Source: a virus. From it: DNA of 64,000 nt. Under the pieces are notes generated by a model that saw nothing but the letters and a program-made list of their open reading frames with translations, did no database searches and had not been told where the DNA came from. Positions 1 to 11,432 of this stretch are shown here, piece by piece (within the stretch, counting starts at the first letter, position 1; each line of letters starts with the position of its first letter). The position numbers and the translations under genes are program-made. The stretch is from IMG/VR virus record IMGVR_UViG_3300045125_000119, positions 82,165 to 146,164 of that record; one strand, written 5' to 3'.

Positions 1-927
1 GCGGAAGCGGCCTCATGTCCTTGATGCGGGTCACGGCTTCAGCGTAGGGAACTTTACGACGCTCCCAAACGGCTTGGAATTGCGGATCGCCTTCACGCCA
101 GTTGGAGAAAACGTCCCACTCCCCGGTGTACCCGCCGTGCCATTCGTCGGCACAAAGGGGCGGATCGACTTCTTGGCAGTCGTCGCAAAATGCCAAGTAA
201 ATGTCAGTTTCCTTGGCGGTCTTGAACCGTTCACGCCGTTCGTCAAAAATAGCCAGCCGCCGCTGTGTCGCTTCGTCGGTGGGGATGTCGGGCAACTCGT
301 CCTTGAAATCCATGAAATCTTCGATGGCTTCTTTCAAGCCTTGGATTTCTTTCCAACATTCTTCCGCAGTGGCCCCACGTTTAACACTGAACGTCTGAAT
401 GGGACCGTCGGCAAGGCCACACTCGGCCGTGACGTAATCGAGTCCGAGATAAGCGTAGGTGTCGTCTTCTTGGCCCAAAGCAGCGAAGTAATCCTGTTGT
501 AGCGGCGAAAGCGGCTGAAATTCGTCCGGCATCACAGTTTCTCCGGCAGGGTGACTTCGGTCCAGCGTGTTTTACCTTCAACAATCCGTGGATTCAACAT
601 GATGCGAATCTTCGGATGAACCAAGATCGACTCCACAAATTCCTGACCGTCTGTGATTTTTTTGATCTTGTACGGGCATTCCTTTGGAGTAGTCAATGTT
701 GACAACCGGGGTGCCGTCGTGTTCGGAATGAGTGACGTAATTTCCAATTACAACAAACGCCGTCTGTTTGTGTAGAGCCTCTTCGTTGTCAAATACTGAA
801 ATGAAGTAGGCATCGACGCCGGGGATTTGGGTCATAACCGGTTGCTCGGTGTCCTTCCAAACGGGCATCAAGCAACCGGTAATATTGATCCCACGAAAAT
901 CCCCCAATACTCGCTCTGGAGTATCCA

Positions 928-1501
928 TTACTTCTCCGGGGTGTAATGTGAGGCGAGAACATCGAAGGTCACGTTCGGAACGTAGCGGGCGAGCATCCGC
1001 TGAATCGCTTCGAGCGGAACACAGTGAGTTTCCTCACTCTTCTTCGCCAAGAAAATCGCCGCCAAATTGAGTTTATCCCTGTACTTTTCCTTGTCGGTCA
1101 GGTACGGGGCGATGTCGTTCACCCACCACGGGCTGGTCGGTTCTTCGATGCGAACCTTGTACCCGTACTGATACGCCATAGCGAAGTACGGCATCATTTC
1201 CTTGACCATCGTGTTCGTGTTGTCCACGATCACGAGCGGTGTCATGAGCCTGCATCGCCTTGCGGACGTTGTCCTGACAAGAAGCGTGGGCGTACCCGAT
1301 CTTGGACGGGTTCCAGTTCTTGACGTACTCTTCCTTTGTTCGGCCGTAAAAATGGTCGGCCGAACAAATCAGGGATTCGTCGCCACCGGCCAGTTCTTTA
1401 GCCCGGTAGCTCTTTCCCGAAGACGGGATGCCACGCATGATTACCAGCGTGAGCGGGTTGTCCGGGTGTACCATCCAATCGAAGTTCACTACGTTTGTCA
1501 T
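928..1501 (-). CDS. P-loop kinase, AAA_33/N4BP2-like (polynucleotide kinase-like); frameshifted
   Basis: LVIMRGIPSSGKS Walker A, ICSADHF and VIVDNTN motifs, spread over ORFs 1073..1501 and 928..1245. Confidence 0.8.
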
Positions 1502-1687
1502 GTTCTTCAGCCTTTTTGGTAACTTCCATCATGCACCAGCCCGCTCCGAACCCGCAAGACAAAGCGGCCAAAGCGAGCAAAATGGCAGCACCTTCGTCTC
1601 GGTCTTTGTGTTTCAAAGCCAAGAGGGTGAACAGAGCAACTCCTACACAACAGACGAGGGCGGCACCGCTTAGTACAACAATTAGGG

Positions 1688-2412
1688 TCATTTCGTCACC
1701 TTATTTCGTCGGATTTCTTCACCCAACAAGCTACCCTGTCTGAAACCTTCTCGCACCATCTTGAACCGGCCGGTGACGTACTTACCGTCACTTACCTTGA
1801 CGTACAAACCTTCAGGTTTTTCGTGACCGGAAAAGGGCGACGTTACGCCGTTGACCAGTTCTTCCAGTTGTTCGTATTTGGTCAGCTTGCCCGGCTCCAC
1901 CGGAAACATCGGAGGAACAACGAATCCGGCGTCCAGTAGAGCCTTCGTTGCCGTTTTGGGATCAATGTACCGTCCGATTCCCCAATCGTAAACGTCAAAA
2001 GCAATGAACCAGTCGGGAAGGTAGTTGTAAACCATGCCGTGCTGCTGAACCATCCACTCGCCGTAAACGCTCACGTCGCCAAGATCGGCGTTCAGCACCT
2101 CAAACTTGTCCTTGTTTTGTAGAACCACGAGTACACAGAAGAAAACTGAGCGAGTGACGGATTGGCTTTGCCGGTAACACGCCCTTTGCCGATGAATTTG
2201 GTGCGACTGCGTATGATGGGGTTGCCGTCGAACAGACACATGCCGCAATTAGCCCCGTCAACTTTCTCCGATACGGTGACGTGCGGCGACTCGAATATAA
2301 TTCGAGCCTCGGAATTCGAGGCGATGCGGTCGCCGTTCGTATTGGGTTTCCACGGCAAGTGCAGAGTCGCCGGATATTCCGGCAACAACTCACCCGGTCT
2401 TATCTTCTTCAT
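1688..2412 (-). CDS. RNA ligase family nucleotidyltransferase; frameshifted
   Basis: YPATLHLPW, motif I SEKVDGAN, VYGEW, FIAFDVYD, EGLYVK, RFKMVREGF. Confidence 0.8.
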
Positions 2413-2642
2413 CGAAGAAATGCACGCCCACTGGCGCACCCTCAGATTCGCCTTCGATACCAACGCCGTCCACGACGCCGCCGGTAATTTCCTTCATCTT
2501 GTCCATGAGTTCCAAACCCAACTGTTGGGCCGGGGACAAGGTTTGATCTTCGGCAGCAGGACCGGGCCACCCCGGTTCGCACTCGAATTAACGCCAACGT
2601 CCGTGCCGCCAACATCGGACAAAGTAATGGTTACTGTAGGCA

Positions 2643-3065
2643 TTATTTCTCTTCTTTCTTGTTTTCGCCCTTCAAGCCGTCTTTCACGCCGGTAACGGCA
2701 CCTTTGAACAGACCGTGGGTAAGAGACTCGGCCCCCTTATCCACGCTTTTGCTCAAAGGTTCAGGTTGCGTGTGACGGAAAGATCGGTAAACAGTAATGT
2801 CATCGCTGTTGGACGGTAAACCGTCCGGCCCGGAAGAACTCAAAGTCAAATGAGTGTCGTACTTGCTGTTCGTGACCTTTACGTTCAGCGGGTTGCCGTA
2901 AGCGTCCACGGCGGTCGGCTTGAAATCAAGCTCGCCCTTCCACGAATCGGCTTGAACGTTCAAGACGGACTTGGTTTGTTCCCTAAGTTCTTTGGGAGTC
3001 GGACCTTGCGGGCCACAACCAGTGAAGCCAAACGCCAGAGCCAGAAGCAAGATGTACTTTTTCAT
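2643..3065 (-). CDS. Lipoprotein with GspG-C-like motif
   Basis: Lipobox signal MKKYILLLALAFGFTG-C; DAYGNPL...SSSGPDG...DDI. Upstream TTTACA-N17-TACTGT-N6-ATG suggests a leaderless sigma70-type promoter. Confidence 0.6.
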   Translation of the reverse strand: MKKYILLLALAFGFTGCGPQGPTPKELREQTKSVLNVQADSWKGELDFKPTAVDAYGNPLNVKVTNSKYDTHLTLSSSGPDGLPSNSDDITVYRSFRHTQPEPLSKSVDKGAESLTHGLFKGAVTGVKDGLKGENKKEEK

Positions 3066-3108
3066 GCTTGCACAGTACCACGATTTCGTGAAGTTGTAAA
3101 GCGGGCGA

Positions 3109-3888
3109 TCAATCCAGATATTCTAGCCCGTCTTGCAGACTCAGTTTGACTTTGCGAATGGTCAGATTTTCACAGTCACGAAGACGGCGGAAGTCTTTTA
3201 CGTTTCGCTCGGCAGTTTTCAGGTCTGCATACACTTCGACGCCGGTTGCAAACTCAACAACCTGTCCGTCACGACACAGGGCGTATCCATCGACGCTTTT
3301 GCCGCCGAAAAATTCGTCAAGGGACTTGTAAAGGGTGCGAATGGCCGGAGCAATTCGCATGAACTCCCAATATTGGGCGACCTCTTGACGGAACATAGTT
3401 TCTGGTCCGGCGTTGATGTAGTTCCACGACAGCTTGCCGCACGCCGTAGTTACCATTTCGATGGCGTCTTGCAAATCGTTGGGGTCAGTAGGATATGCGT
3501 CCAGACGACCACATGCGTCTTCTTTGATGCACTCCCACAGCAACTTGAGTTTACTCGCCGGGCCGTGCGTACCGTGACCGTGATTTTCAAGTTGATGAAC
3601 GGCCCGACACAGGTCGGGGCACTCGATCTTCTTGCCCTCACGAACGGCACCGAACAGAATGTCTCGAACCTCGCTCACCGCTGCACAACAGACACCGAGA
3701 TACGGACCTTCTTTATTGAGCATCCCGACCCACTCTTCGTCAGAGTAGTCGAGATAGACTTCTTGGATCGCCAACGGTTCCCAATTCGTGGTTTTGATGC
3801 GGATTCCCCGACCGTTCATCGGGTTCAGCATACCGGCGTACTTGTCAACTAAAGCTTGGGCGGCTTTCGGATCAACTCGGTTTGGCAT
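3109..3888 (-). CDS. Hypothetical protein
   Basis: 259-aa ORF with GGAGGG Shine-Dalgarno, in a minus-strand gene run. Confidence 0.6.
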   Translation of the reverse strand: MPNRVDPKAAQALVDKYAGMLNPMNGRGIRIKTTNWEPLAIQEVYLDYSDEEWVGMLNKEGPYLGVCCAAVSEVRDILFGAVREGKKIECPDLCRAVHQLENHGHGTHGPASKLKLLWECIKEDACGRLDAYPTDPNDLQDAIEMVTTACGKLSWNYINAGPETMFRQEVAQYWEFMRIAPAIRTLYKSLDEFFGGKSVDGYALCRDGQVVEFATGVEVYADLKTAERNVKDFRRLRDCENLTIRKVKLSLQDGLEYLD

Positions 3889-3908
3889 TGGACCCTCCGG
3901 CCCGCATC

Positions 3909-4555
3909 CTACCCCGATTGTTGGGGGTTGTAAACCAAAGTGACCAAATGGTGCGGCTCAATGAACCACATCCCCCGCCCTTTCAGTCCGGCGAACTCGA
4001 CAACTTCCTTCATGGTAAGGGCATCAAAAACGTGATGATGAAGGCACCGGTTTTGGAAGTTGTTGAGCGACCGTGCGTGAAACTCTTCGTAGGTTCCGGC
4101 ACCCTTGTCCATTTCTAAATCGTGAAGTTCGAGAATTTCCGAAAGATGCGAGAGGTCGTCTTCGCCGGTGTTTTTGTTGTAATCTTCCAAAGGTGGTCGA
4201 AAGGTGTTGCTTCCCGATTGTGGTCGAAAGTGCGTTCCTTGACCGGGGTGACAATAACTATGTGACCGCCGGGACTGACTCGTTTCCATTCCAAAACGGC
4301 TTTAAGTGGGTTGGCGATATGTTCGAGAACGTGAGAGGCCATTACCAGATCGTAGGGGCCATCGACTTTAAGATCGGTGGCCTCCGAGACGATGACGCTT
4401 CGTGATTTGGGGTGCCATATTGACGAGTCCGAGAAATCAACTATGTCCAGATGTTCTATTTTGTCGTACACCCGGAAAACAGTAGAAAATATCTCGGACG
4501 GCCCGCCGATTTCGAGGGCCGTCTTAGCTGTAATTAGAACCGAATCGTCAGGCAC
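3909..4555 (-). CDS. Class I SAM-dependent methyltransferase (type 11-like); frameshifted
   Basis: ALEIGGPS, YDLVMASHVLEHIANP, PGG. Confidence 0.75.
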
Positions 4556-5322
4556 TTGCAGGCACCGCCAGCTTTAATGAACTCCCCCATCGGAGTCTGG
4601 CGGGCATTATATCCGGCCTTGTCCAATTTTTCAGCAGTGACGGGACAATCGGCAGGAATCACAACGTTTCTATCGACGCAAACCGCATTACAGGCAAAAC
4701 GGTGAGCCTCGTCTTCCGGTACGTCGATCAGGTCGAAGAAACTCGAAAGCATTTGAAATGCCATGCGATCAAATGCCGGAGGGTAAACTAAAGCGTGCCT
4801 GTCTTGAAGCGGACAGAAGCAGGTGTCCAAGTGATAGAAGTGAGGATCGACCAACAACAGGGGCCGTATCGCAACCGAAAATACGTCTCGGACTGCGTAG
4901 TGGGCGGCAAGATCACTTCTGAACCCGTACCCGCACCAAAGAACTCCGTCGGAATCGAACAGGGCGTCCCCGGCACCTTCGTAGCTCAGTTCGTCGGGAA
5001 GCTCGTGAACCTCGAACCCTAGTTGTTCAAACTGACGCCCGTAGAAAGGTTTCTCGCCCTGTCGTTCCGGGTATTTGAAATTGGAGAGTACGACTTGGTT
5101 TTTCCAAACGGTTCCGGCGTTGGCGGTAAAAACGATGTCCGGCAAGTTTGGCTCGCCGGACATTTCGTGAAGTTCAATATTTAGAGATTTGAATAATTGC
5201 ATCAAATCGGCCCACTGGTAATGGGCCAACATGCGATCCGTCGCTTTAGAAGGGTCCATCCAAGGATTTATTTTGTAAAACACCCCGTAGTGGGCGGGGT
5301 TACAGACCAGCAGCCTGTTCAT
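4534..5322 (-). CDS. Amidinotransferase / dimethylargininase-like (pentein superfamily)
   Basis: INPWM, LPDIVFTANAG, YEGAGD, FYHLDTCFCPL, GGACKCLT. Confidence 0.9.
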   Translation of the reverse strand: MNRLLVCNPAHYGVFYKINPWMDPSKATDRMLAHYQWADLMQLFKSLNIELHEMSGEPNLPDIVFTANAGTVWKNQVVLSNFKYPERQGEKPFYGRQFEQLGFEVHELPDELSYEGAGDALFDSDGVLWCGYGFRSDLAAHYAVRDVFSVAIRPLLLVDPHFYHLDTCFCPLQDRHALVYPPAFDRMAFQMLSSFFDLIDVPEDEAHRFACNAVCVDRNVVIPADCPVTAEKLDKAGYNARQTPMGEFIKAGGACKCLTIRF

Positions 5323-5325
5323 ATA

Positions 5326-5601
5326 TCACATCCTGGGTTCCCCGGCTATTTGCCTAACGAGGTCGCCGACGGTGCCGGATTGAGGGCCGTCAATAAAAGC
5401 CAGGACACGGTTCTGTACTTCGGGTGGTAGCTTGGCGAACTCGCCTAGAGACTGTAGCTTCTGCTTGAAATTGTTCTTGTCCAGTGTGTCAATGGTCTGG
5501 GAGAGGCCGTTGTTGCGGTCCAAATTGAAATAACCCAAGATGATATCTTTCCACTTGGCGTAATCATTTTCAACCAGTTCTAGCCACACTTTGAATTTCA
5601 T
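5326..5601 (-). CDS. Small putative head-internal protein (capsid-targeting-like N-terminus)
   Basis: Starts MKFKVWLELVE, preceded by CTACATA-N5-ATG. Confidence 0.55.
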   Translation of the reverse strand: MKFKVWLELVENDYAKWKDIILGYFNLDRNNGLSQTIDTLDKNNFKQKLQSLGEFAKLPPEVQNRVLAFIDGPQSGTVGDLVRQIAGEPRM

Positions 5602-5713
5602 CCTAGTATGTAGAATATCTGAATCTTTTTCGCACCAATCCCATCTGATATTGTAAGCGATACGGAGAGTTTCCGGTCGCCAAACTTTATGCAAAGCAAA
5701 AGTGAGGTAAAAA

Positions 5714-6232
5714 ATGTCTAACATTGTAAAACAATTCAACAATTCCTTGTTTCCTGAGCTTGTGTTCCCGTCAAGGGACGATCTGTTTTATCCGTTCCAG
5801 TCGTTGTTTGACGACATTTACAACAAAATGACTTCGCAAGTGGCTGGGGATTCGATGAAATCGAGGAATTATCCTCGCTGGGACATCTACGAAACTCCGG
5901 GATTTTATGCGGTAGAAGTGTCAATGCCGGGATTGACGCCAGATGACACAAAGGTAGAAATCTTGCCGGATCATGGTGGTGGCAGAATGTTGAAAGTTTC
6001 TGGGCGAATGAATAGAGAATACCAGCACGGGGATAGCACCAAACACCACGTCCGTGAACTTCGTCGTTCGTCTTTTGAACGATACCACCGACTCCCGAAT
6101 TACGTCCAAGGCGATCCAACCGCCGAGATGAAAGACGGGTTACTTACACTAAAGTGGAACGTAGAAAATACCGCCCCGAAACCAAAGTCGATCCCTATTC
6201 AGGGACAAAAAATTATCGACTCAGACCAGTAA
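5714..6232 (+). CDS. Small heat shock protein Hsp20
   Basis: YPRWDIYE, VEVSMPG, RELRRSSFER, AEMKDGLLTL (alpha-crystallin domain). Confidence 0.9.
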   Translation: MSNIVKQFNNSLFPELVFPSRDDLFYPFQSLFDDIYNKMTSQVAGDSMKSRNYPRWDIYETPGFYAVEVSMPGLTPDDTKVEILPDHGGGRMLKVSGRMNREYQHGDSTKHHVRELRRSSFERYHRLPNYVQGDPTAEMKDGLLTLKWNVENTAPKPKSIPIQGQKIIDSDQ

Positions 6233-6234
6233 AA

Positions 6235-6264
6235 GAAAATGCCGGGATTCTTCCCGGCATTTTC
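6235..6264. terminator. Intrinsic terminator
   Basis: GAAAATGCCGGGA-ttct-TCCCGGCATTTTC inverted repeat right after the Hsp20 stop. Confidence 0.75.
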
Positions 6265-6272
6265 ACTAAATA
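6265..6272 (+). promoter_or_regulatory. Putative phage late promoter (ACTAAATA), leaderless
   Basis: 5 nt before ATG 6278; same motif and spacing at 49225, 5607-5614(-) and 7497-7504(-). Confidence 0.65.
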
Positions 6273-6277
6273 AGAAC

Positions 6278-7086
6278 ATGAAGAAACTGGTGAGATTTGG
6301 GGAATACGTCCAACTTCGTGAATGGGCCAAATACGGGTTCGAGAATCCGTCTGCGAGTAAACCCACCGGCGGCACGCAAATTCCCGACGACGCAACGCCA
6401 ATCGACCCGATCAATTGTGAGACGATCATGAAAGAACTCTCACGTTTGCCGTTGGGTACGTTCAAGCCCCGTTGGTCGTGGCAGGACATTATGGAATGGG
6501 GGATCAAGCGGGGGCGATCAAAATTGACGTGTCGCCACTCGGCTCCTACAAGATCATCGCCCGCAGGAAAATCAAAGACATCCAAGGCGAAGACACTTGG
6601 GTGTGTAAGAAGGTTTTTCCGCTTGATGAGAACGAACACAACAACAACGAAATACCTTTGGCCCACAGTATTTACGACGATCTTGTGGAGATAAACAAGA
6701 CTTTACTGGAAGGTCCGAAGCGTGAGTTCCCCGAATTTGAACGTCTGGTTGAGAAACTGACTTCGGCGGTTCGGCAAAATTACCCCTCGTACTGCATGTT
6801 CCCCAAGGGACTCAAGAAAATGAACGAGGATTACTTCAAAATATATTTCGAGTTCAAAGGGCACGGGGTCGAAGCTCCGACCCGTGGGCGTGCCGAACAG
6901 TTTGACATTGACGTTTTGTGGGATCGGAACAAAGGGCTAGTCAGAATATGGGGTTACGATATTGACAGCAAAGTTCGGCAGCACACATGGAACGTGCAGC
7001 CGAGTGAATTTGACGAATGGTTCAGTCCAAGTCAGCCTCCAGAAGAGATTATCGAAGCGGTTGTCAGTATGTTTATGACTTACTGA
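6278..7086 (+). CDS. Hypothetical late protein; frameshifted
   Basis: MKKLVRFGEYVQLRE start joined to ORF 6472..7086. Confidence 0.6.
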
Positions 7087-7491
7087 TTGAACGGTTCGAT
7101 CTTCAGGATCATATCACCGATCCCGTTGTCGATGAGCAGCCCAGCTTTTTTGAGGGCCGAAACCTCGTCCATCGTCAAGCCCCACTTGTTGATGAGGGTG
7201 AGCGACCCGCCAATAATGTTGTTGTCGCCGATCTTCAGCGGGTTGCTTTTGATTACGCTTTTCTGGTTGTTCGTAAAGACCTGACGAATTTTGTTCGTGG
7301 CACTGTACAGGAAAGGATTTTCCTGTTTCATTGCCATTTTCTTGCCGAGCATAGAAGCTCCGACGCTCGGCGGCTGTTGAAGCTACATTACCCTTTCCGG
7401 GCAAGGGTGGCGGGGTCGGCCTCTTGGGGTCGGCAATTGGAAACCCGGTGTTTGGGTCGATATCTTCTAGAAATTCCGTGAACGTCCTCAT
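7080..7491 (-). CDS. Putative head-internal protein; frameshifted
   Basis: Starts MRTFTEFLED, preceded by GCTACATA-N5-ATG. Confidence 0.55.
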
Positions 7492-8133
7492 GCAGCTATG
7501 TAGCGAAACACTGCGCCATTTCCGCTCAATCCGATAAAATCTAACTTGTCGGCGAGAGTGTCTTTCACGGCTTTGTAGACCCCGAATATTCCGCTCTCGT
7601 TTCTCAGGTCTTGGAAATCGTGGAAAAACAGATATGCACCTTCTTGCAGAACGGACGGGAGTTCCACGCACGCCCGGTAAACGGAGTCGTACCCGTGGTC
7701 GTGGTCTACGAAAACGAAGGCAAACTTTTTACCTTCTTTGGCAAGCTGCTTGATTCCGGCGGCGGCGTCGGCGTGAATGATCGTGGGCTTAACGTTGTGA
7801 CGTTTGAAATTGGCCCGTGCCGCTTCAATGGCTTCCATGCTGATGTCTATTGTGGTGACGTTTCGATTGGCCCGATACAAAACGATGGTACTCGCCCCTT
7901 GGAGACAGCCGAGTTCGAGGACCGGTCCTTTTGCAAAAAAGCCAATTCGTGCAAAGTTAAAGCTTCCGCTTGCCATATCTTGCCTTTCAAGTCGAACAAT
8001 TTTCGGCTAAAATTCTGGTCGTCCTTCTGTTGTAAATAGATCGTGAAGTCGCCGCCCGGAACTTCGGAGTAAGATCAGGGAAGTAAGCCGAGGCGTCGTG
8101 TCTCAGGTCTTCGTAATTTGGGTAGTTTGACAT
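7488..8133 (-). CDS. Class I methyltransferase (Methyltransf_24-like); start uncertain
   Basis: VLELGCLQGAS, FAFVFVDHDHGY, LFFHD. Confidence 0.75.
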
Positions 8134-8161
8134 AGCCGTATTTACCATTTGAGAGGCAAAA

Positions 8162-8597
8162 ATGAACCGCAATTTGATTTGGGTAGTAGCCGCTTTGGGC
8201 CTGTTGGTCGGAATCGTGTTCTTCGTCCGTCACCAAAAACCGGCTCCCGCCCCACTTTAACGGGTGAACGGGAGTTTGACACGAACAAGCCGCCGAAGAC
8301 CTACAAGGACGCACTCGAAACTCAGAAAGTCACCAAGCAGAAAATCTTGGTCGTGTTCGGGGCCGAGTGGTGTGGCCCCTGCAAAAAGTTGCACAATGAA
8401 ACTTTGGCAGACCCGGAAATTAAAGAACTGCTAGTTTCATATATCTTTATATACATTGACTCGGACGCCAATAAGGAACTAGCTCATTCATTTAATGTCG
8501 AGGCTTTGCCGTCCTATTATGTTATAGATAACGGCAAGATATCAAAAGAAGGCAGTGGATATAAATCCACGCCGGAATTCAGAAGTGGCTTCATTAG
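8162..8597 (+). CDS. Membrane-anchored thioredoxin-like protein; frameshifted
   Basis: Hydrophobic N-terminus, FGAEWCGPCKK, ALPSY. Confidence 0.8.
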
Positions 8598-8605
8598 GAA
8601 ACATT

Positions 8606-9306
8606 TTATTGAACAGAGTTTCGATTTCCGAGGGATATCATGCCCCGGAAAACGTCCAAATCCATTGCCAGTCCCGTGATCCCTTCGGGGAACAATTTCT
8701 TCACAAATGGCGACAAAACCAGATAATATGGGCTGATTTTGCCCATATTGATCCATCGGTAGAAGTTCTTGTTGGCGACGGCGAGTTGCAAGTCCTCGAA
8801 CTTGGCCTCGGTAAAAGTCTTGACCAGAAACTCTTTGGTCGTAGTGAGCGCCGACGCCACTTTCATCAAGTTTGCGGGCACAACAGAGCTAGTCTCGTTA
8901 ACCTTTAGACACACTATCATATTTGCAGCTCCACATCTTCCAACGAATCCAAGCTTTGTCCCCACATAGACAATTTGGACCGATCAAACAGTGATTAGAA
9001 GGACGGTGCGTCGATATCTACTTTAAGATTTCCAACTGTGCCCGGACGTAGAGTGGATAATCTCTTTCTTCCAATATTCCCTGTGTTTCCCGAACGAGTT
9101 TGTAGCACTGTTTGAATATAAGTGACTTTCGGGGATCGCCTTTGGCGCGCCATTTTTGCATGTTTGTATTCCAGGAGACGCTTTTCGGCTCCAGATCGAG
9201 CCACAGTAGCGTGAGTTTGTACGCCCGGCTCTCAAGTTCGGTCATGTCGTAATCGACAATGGCATCGAAGTCTCATGTCTTTCTCGCTCGGTGACTGGTC
9301 GGGCAT
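8606..9306 (-). CDS. Hypothetical protein; frameshifted
   Basis: Continuous protein-like fragments (KGDPRKSLIFKQCYKL...KISPYYLVLSPF) with an upstream GGAG. Confidence 0.55.
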
Positions 9307-9395
9307 AGGATATCTCCGTTTCGGAATTGCGCCCAAGAGGAATATTTGGTCATTTCGGCTTGCCTTGTTCGGCGACTTCGGGTAAAAGTGTGTTT

Positions 9396-9965
9396 GTCAC
9401 GACTGCTCCTTGCGGGTTTGTGACCGGAAATATCCGTCCGCACCTACAGTCCGACGAAAGCAATTAGGGTCGGTGCAAACCTGCCAAGATTGCCGAACTA
9501 CTTGGACTATGAGAATTAGTTAGTTTGGATATTGCTTCCACTTTGAACACTGGCACGGACACGCGACAGAGATAACACGCCTAAGATCGTGACGTATTCG
9601 AGGGGAGAGTTCACCGCCCTCCTTTGCCGTGGGACCGGGTTGCGCCTGTAAGCCCCATACCGGATGAGATTAAATTCTTCTGTGTCTCACAAGGACACAC
9701 ACAGGAAGCCACAGGTAGTTAGCGGCTCCCTAACTTCAATTCACCTAACGGACACAAACGTGTCTGTGGACTAGCGTCACTGACACTGGGTTAGTGACAA
9801 GAAATGCTTGTGCACCGAAGCTCCCAAATAAAAGTAGGAGTGAGGTGGAAGGGTTCTGATCCTCCTCAGAGTTTGGTGTGTTTTTTTCCCTCTACTAAAC
9901 CACATAGATTCTAAATCTCTTGTATTTAGGCTAGGACACAACATCATCGTCCCGGGAGCGGTGCT
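9396..9965 (+). ncRNA. Candidate large structured ncRNA or origin element (~570 nt)
   Basis: No credible ORF. TTGCCT-N17-TAAAAG promoter at 9360. More than 10 stems, including GTCACGA/TTGTGAC, GTCCG/CGGAC, TGCCA/TGGCA, CTTCTGTGT/ACACAGGAAG and GTCACTGAC/GTTAGTGAC. Confidence 0.55.
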
Positions 9966-10069
9966 ATGCGGCAAATCATATCTGGAATAATTGACGCAAG
10001 TCTCTTGCTGTGTCCGACTGCAGGCAGTATCATTTAGCTGAACAAAGAGAAATCCCTTTTGGTCGGCGC

Positions 10070-11432
10070 ATGGACTCCGTCAAAACTAACCCGTGTGTTG
10101 GCAGATGCCGTTACAGCCGGGCAGAATGTGTATGTGCCACTTCGCCGGAGATGTTGGACTTCACCGATCCGTCGTTCCGGGCGAGTTGACGATTTTCGGT
10201 CAGGGCGGGAACGTGGTGACGGTTTCGTTGAACAGTATTTCTGGAAACTGTTGTTGGCGTATTGAGAGAAGTTTCCAGTGTTCTCCAAGAACATGAAGGT
10301 ATTGTAGTTGTTGGAACTGGAAGAGTGGCCTGTAAGTTACATCAAGAACCGAACCGGAAGAGGATTTCTCCGTCGATGCCGCAATCATTGACTTGAAAGT
10401 GATCGAGTCTTTTGCGGGGTTTGGGCGGAAAAAGCCGCGAAATCTCTCGCCGACGGGTTGAACAGAGTCAAGGCGCGGGTGTCGTCGGGCGTCTGGAAGG
10501 AGGTTCAACCGGTTTACCAGAAGGTTCATTTGCCCTTGGTCACGGAAGTGGTCCCGGCGTGCTTAGAGACAGTCGGCGTTTTGAACGCGTGTTGGGCAAG
10601 CGAGTTTGCCCGCTTGTTACGAGGTTTGTGGTCAGGTGAACGGGCGACTGAACAGTGGGTCAGAATTTCCTCGAAGGGTTCCACCCGCACGGTTTGAAGC
10701 GAGGACGTAAAAAAGCGACTGAAGCCCAACGCTTTGGACGAAATGTTTATGTATTTCGACTTTAAGAACATGGAAGTGTCAATGTTGCAGTGGTTGTCAA
10801 AAGACGAGCAACTCGCACGGGCAATGGAAATGCCGGACGTGTATTGTTGGAAATTTACAGGTTGGTGACGGGAATCGAGTCGAAAGAAAAAGATGACCGA
10901 AATAAGGCGTAAAAAAAATGTTTCTGCCGGTTATATACGGTCAGTCAGCCCAGGCATTGGGTCATCGACTAAAGGTTGCCCTTCCCACCGCTGAGAAGAT
11001 CGTCACCCGGATTCGTGAGTTGTTCCCGACGGCATTGGCCTATACCAGAGCCGTACACAGAACAAGCAAAGGCTTCCGGGTCCGCAAAAAGACATCTTCG
11101 GCGAAAGCCGGCGTCAATTCTCGCAGGGGGAGGAGTACGACGCTCTCGGCTTTTCTGTCCAGGCACCTGCGTCTACTGTTTGCTTGGAAAAAGAAAACTT
11201 GTCCGGGTCCCATTCCGCTGTAAAAGGCATCACGTCGCTGGCGTACAGCGTACACGACGGGTGTTGCGTTTACGCCCACAAGGAAAACTGGAAGAAAGTT
11301 TACAGGTTGGGCTACGACGTACTGACGGGGGAAAGTTCCCTTTGTCCGGGTCTTCGGTTGAAGGTCACTTGTCACGCCGGGCGGAATCTAGATTCGTTGA
11401 AATCCGTTGGAACAACCAAGGAGTCTAAATGA
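10070..11432 (+). CDS. polA: Minimal family-A DNA polymerase (~450 aa); multiply frameshifted
   Basis: NGRL, motif A MYFDFKNMEV (~10750), motif B RNKA-KKMFLPVIYG, VQAPAS, motif C SVHDG. Confidence 0.75.
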
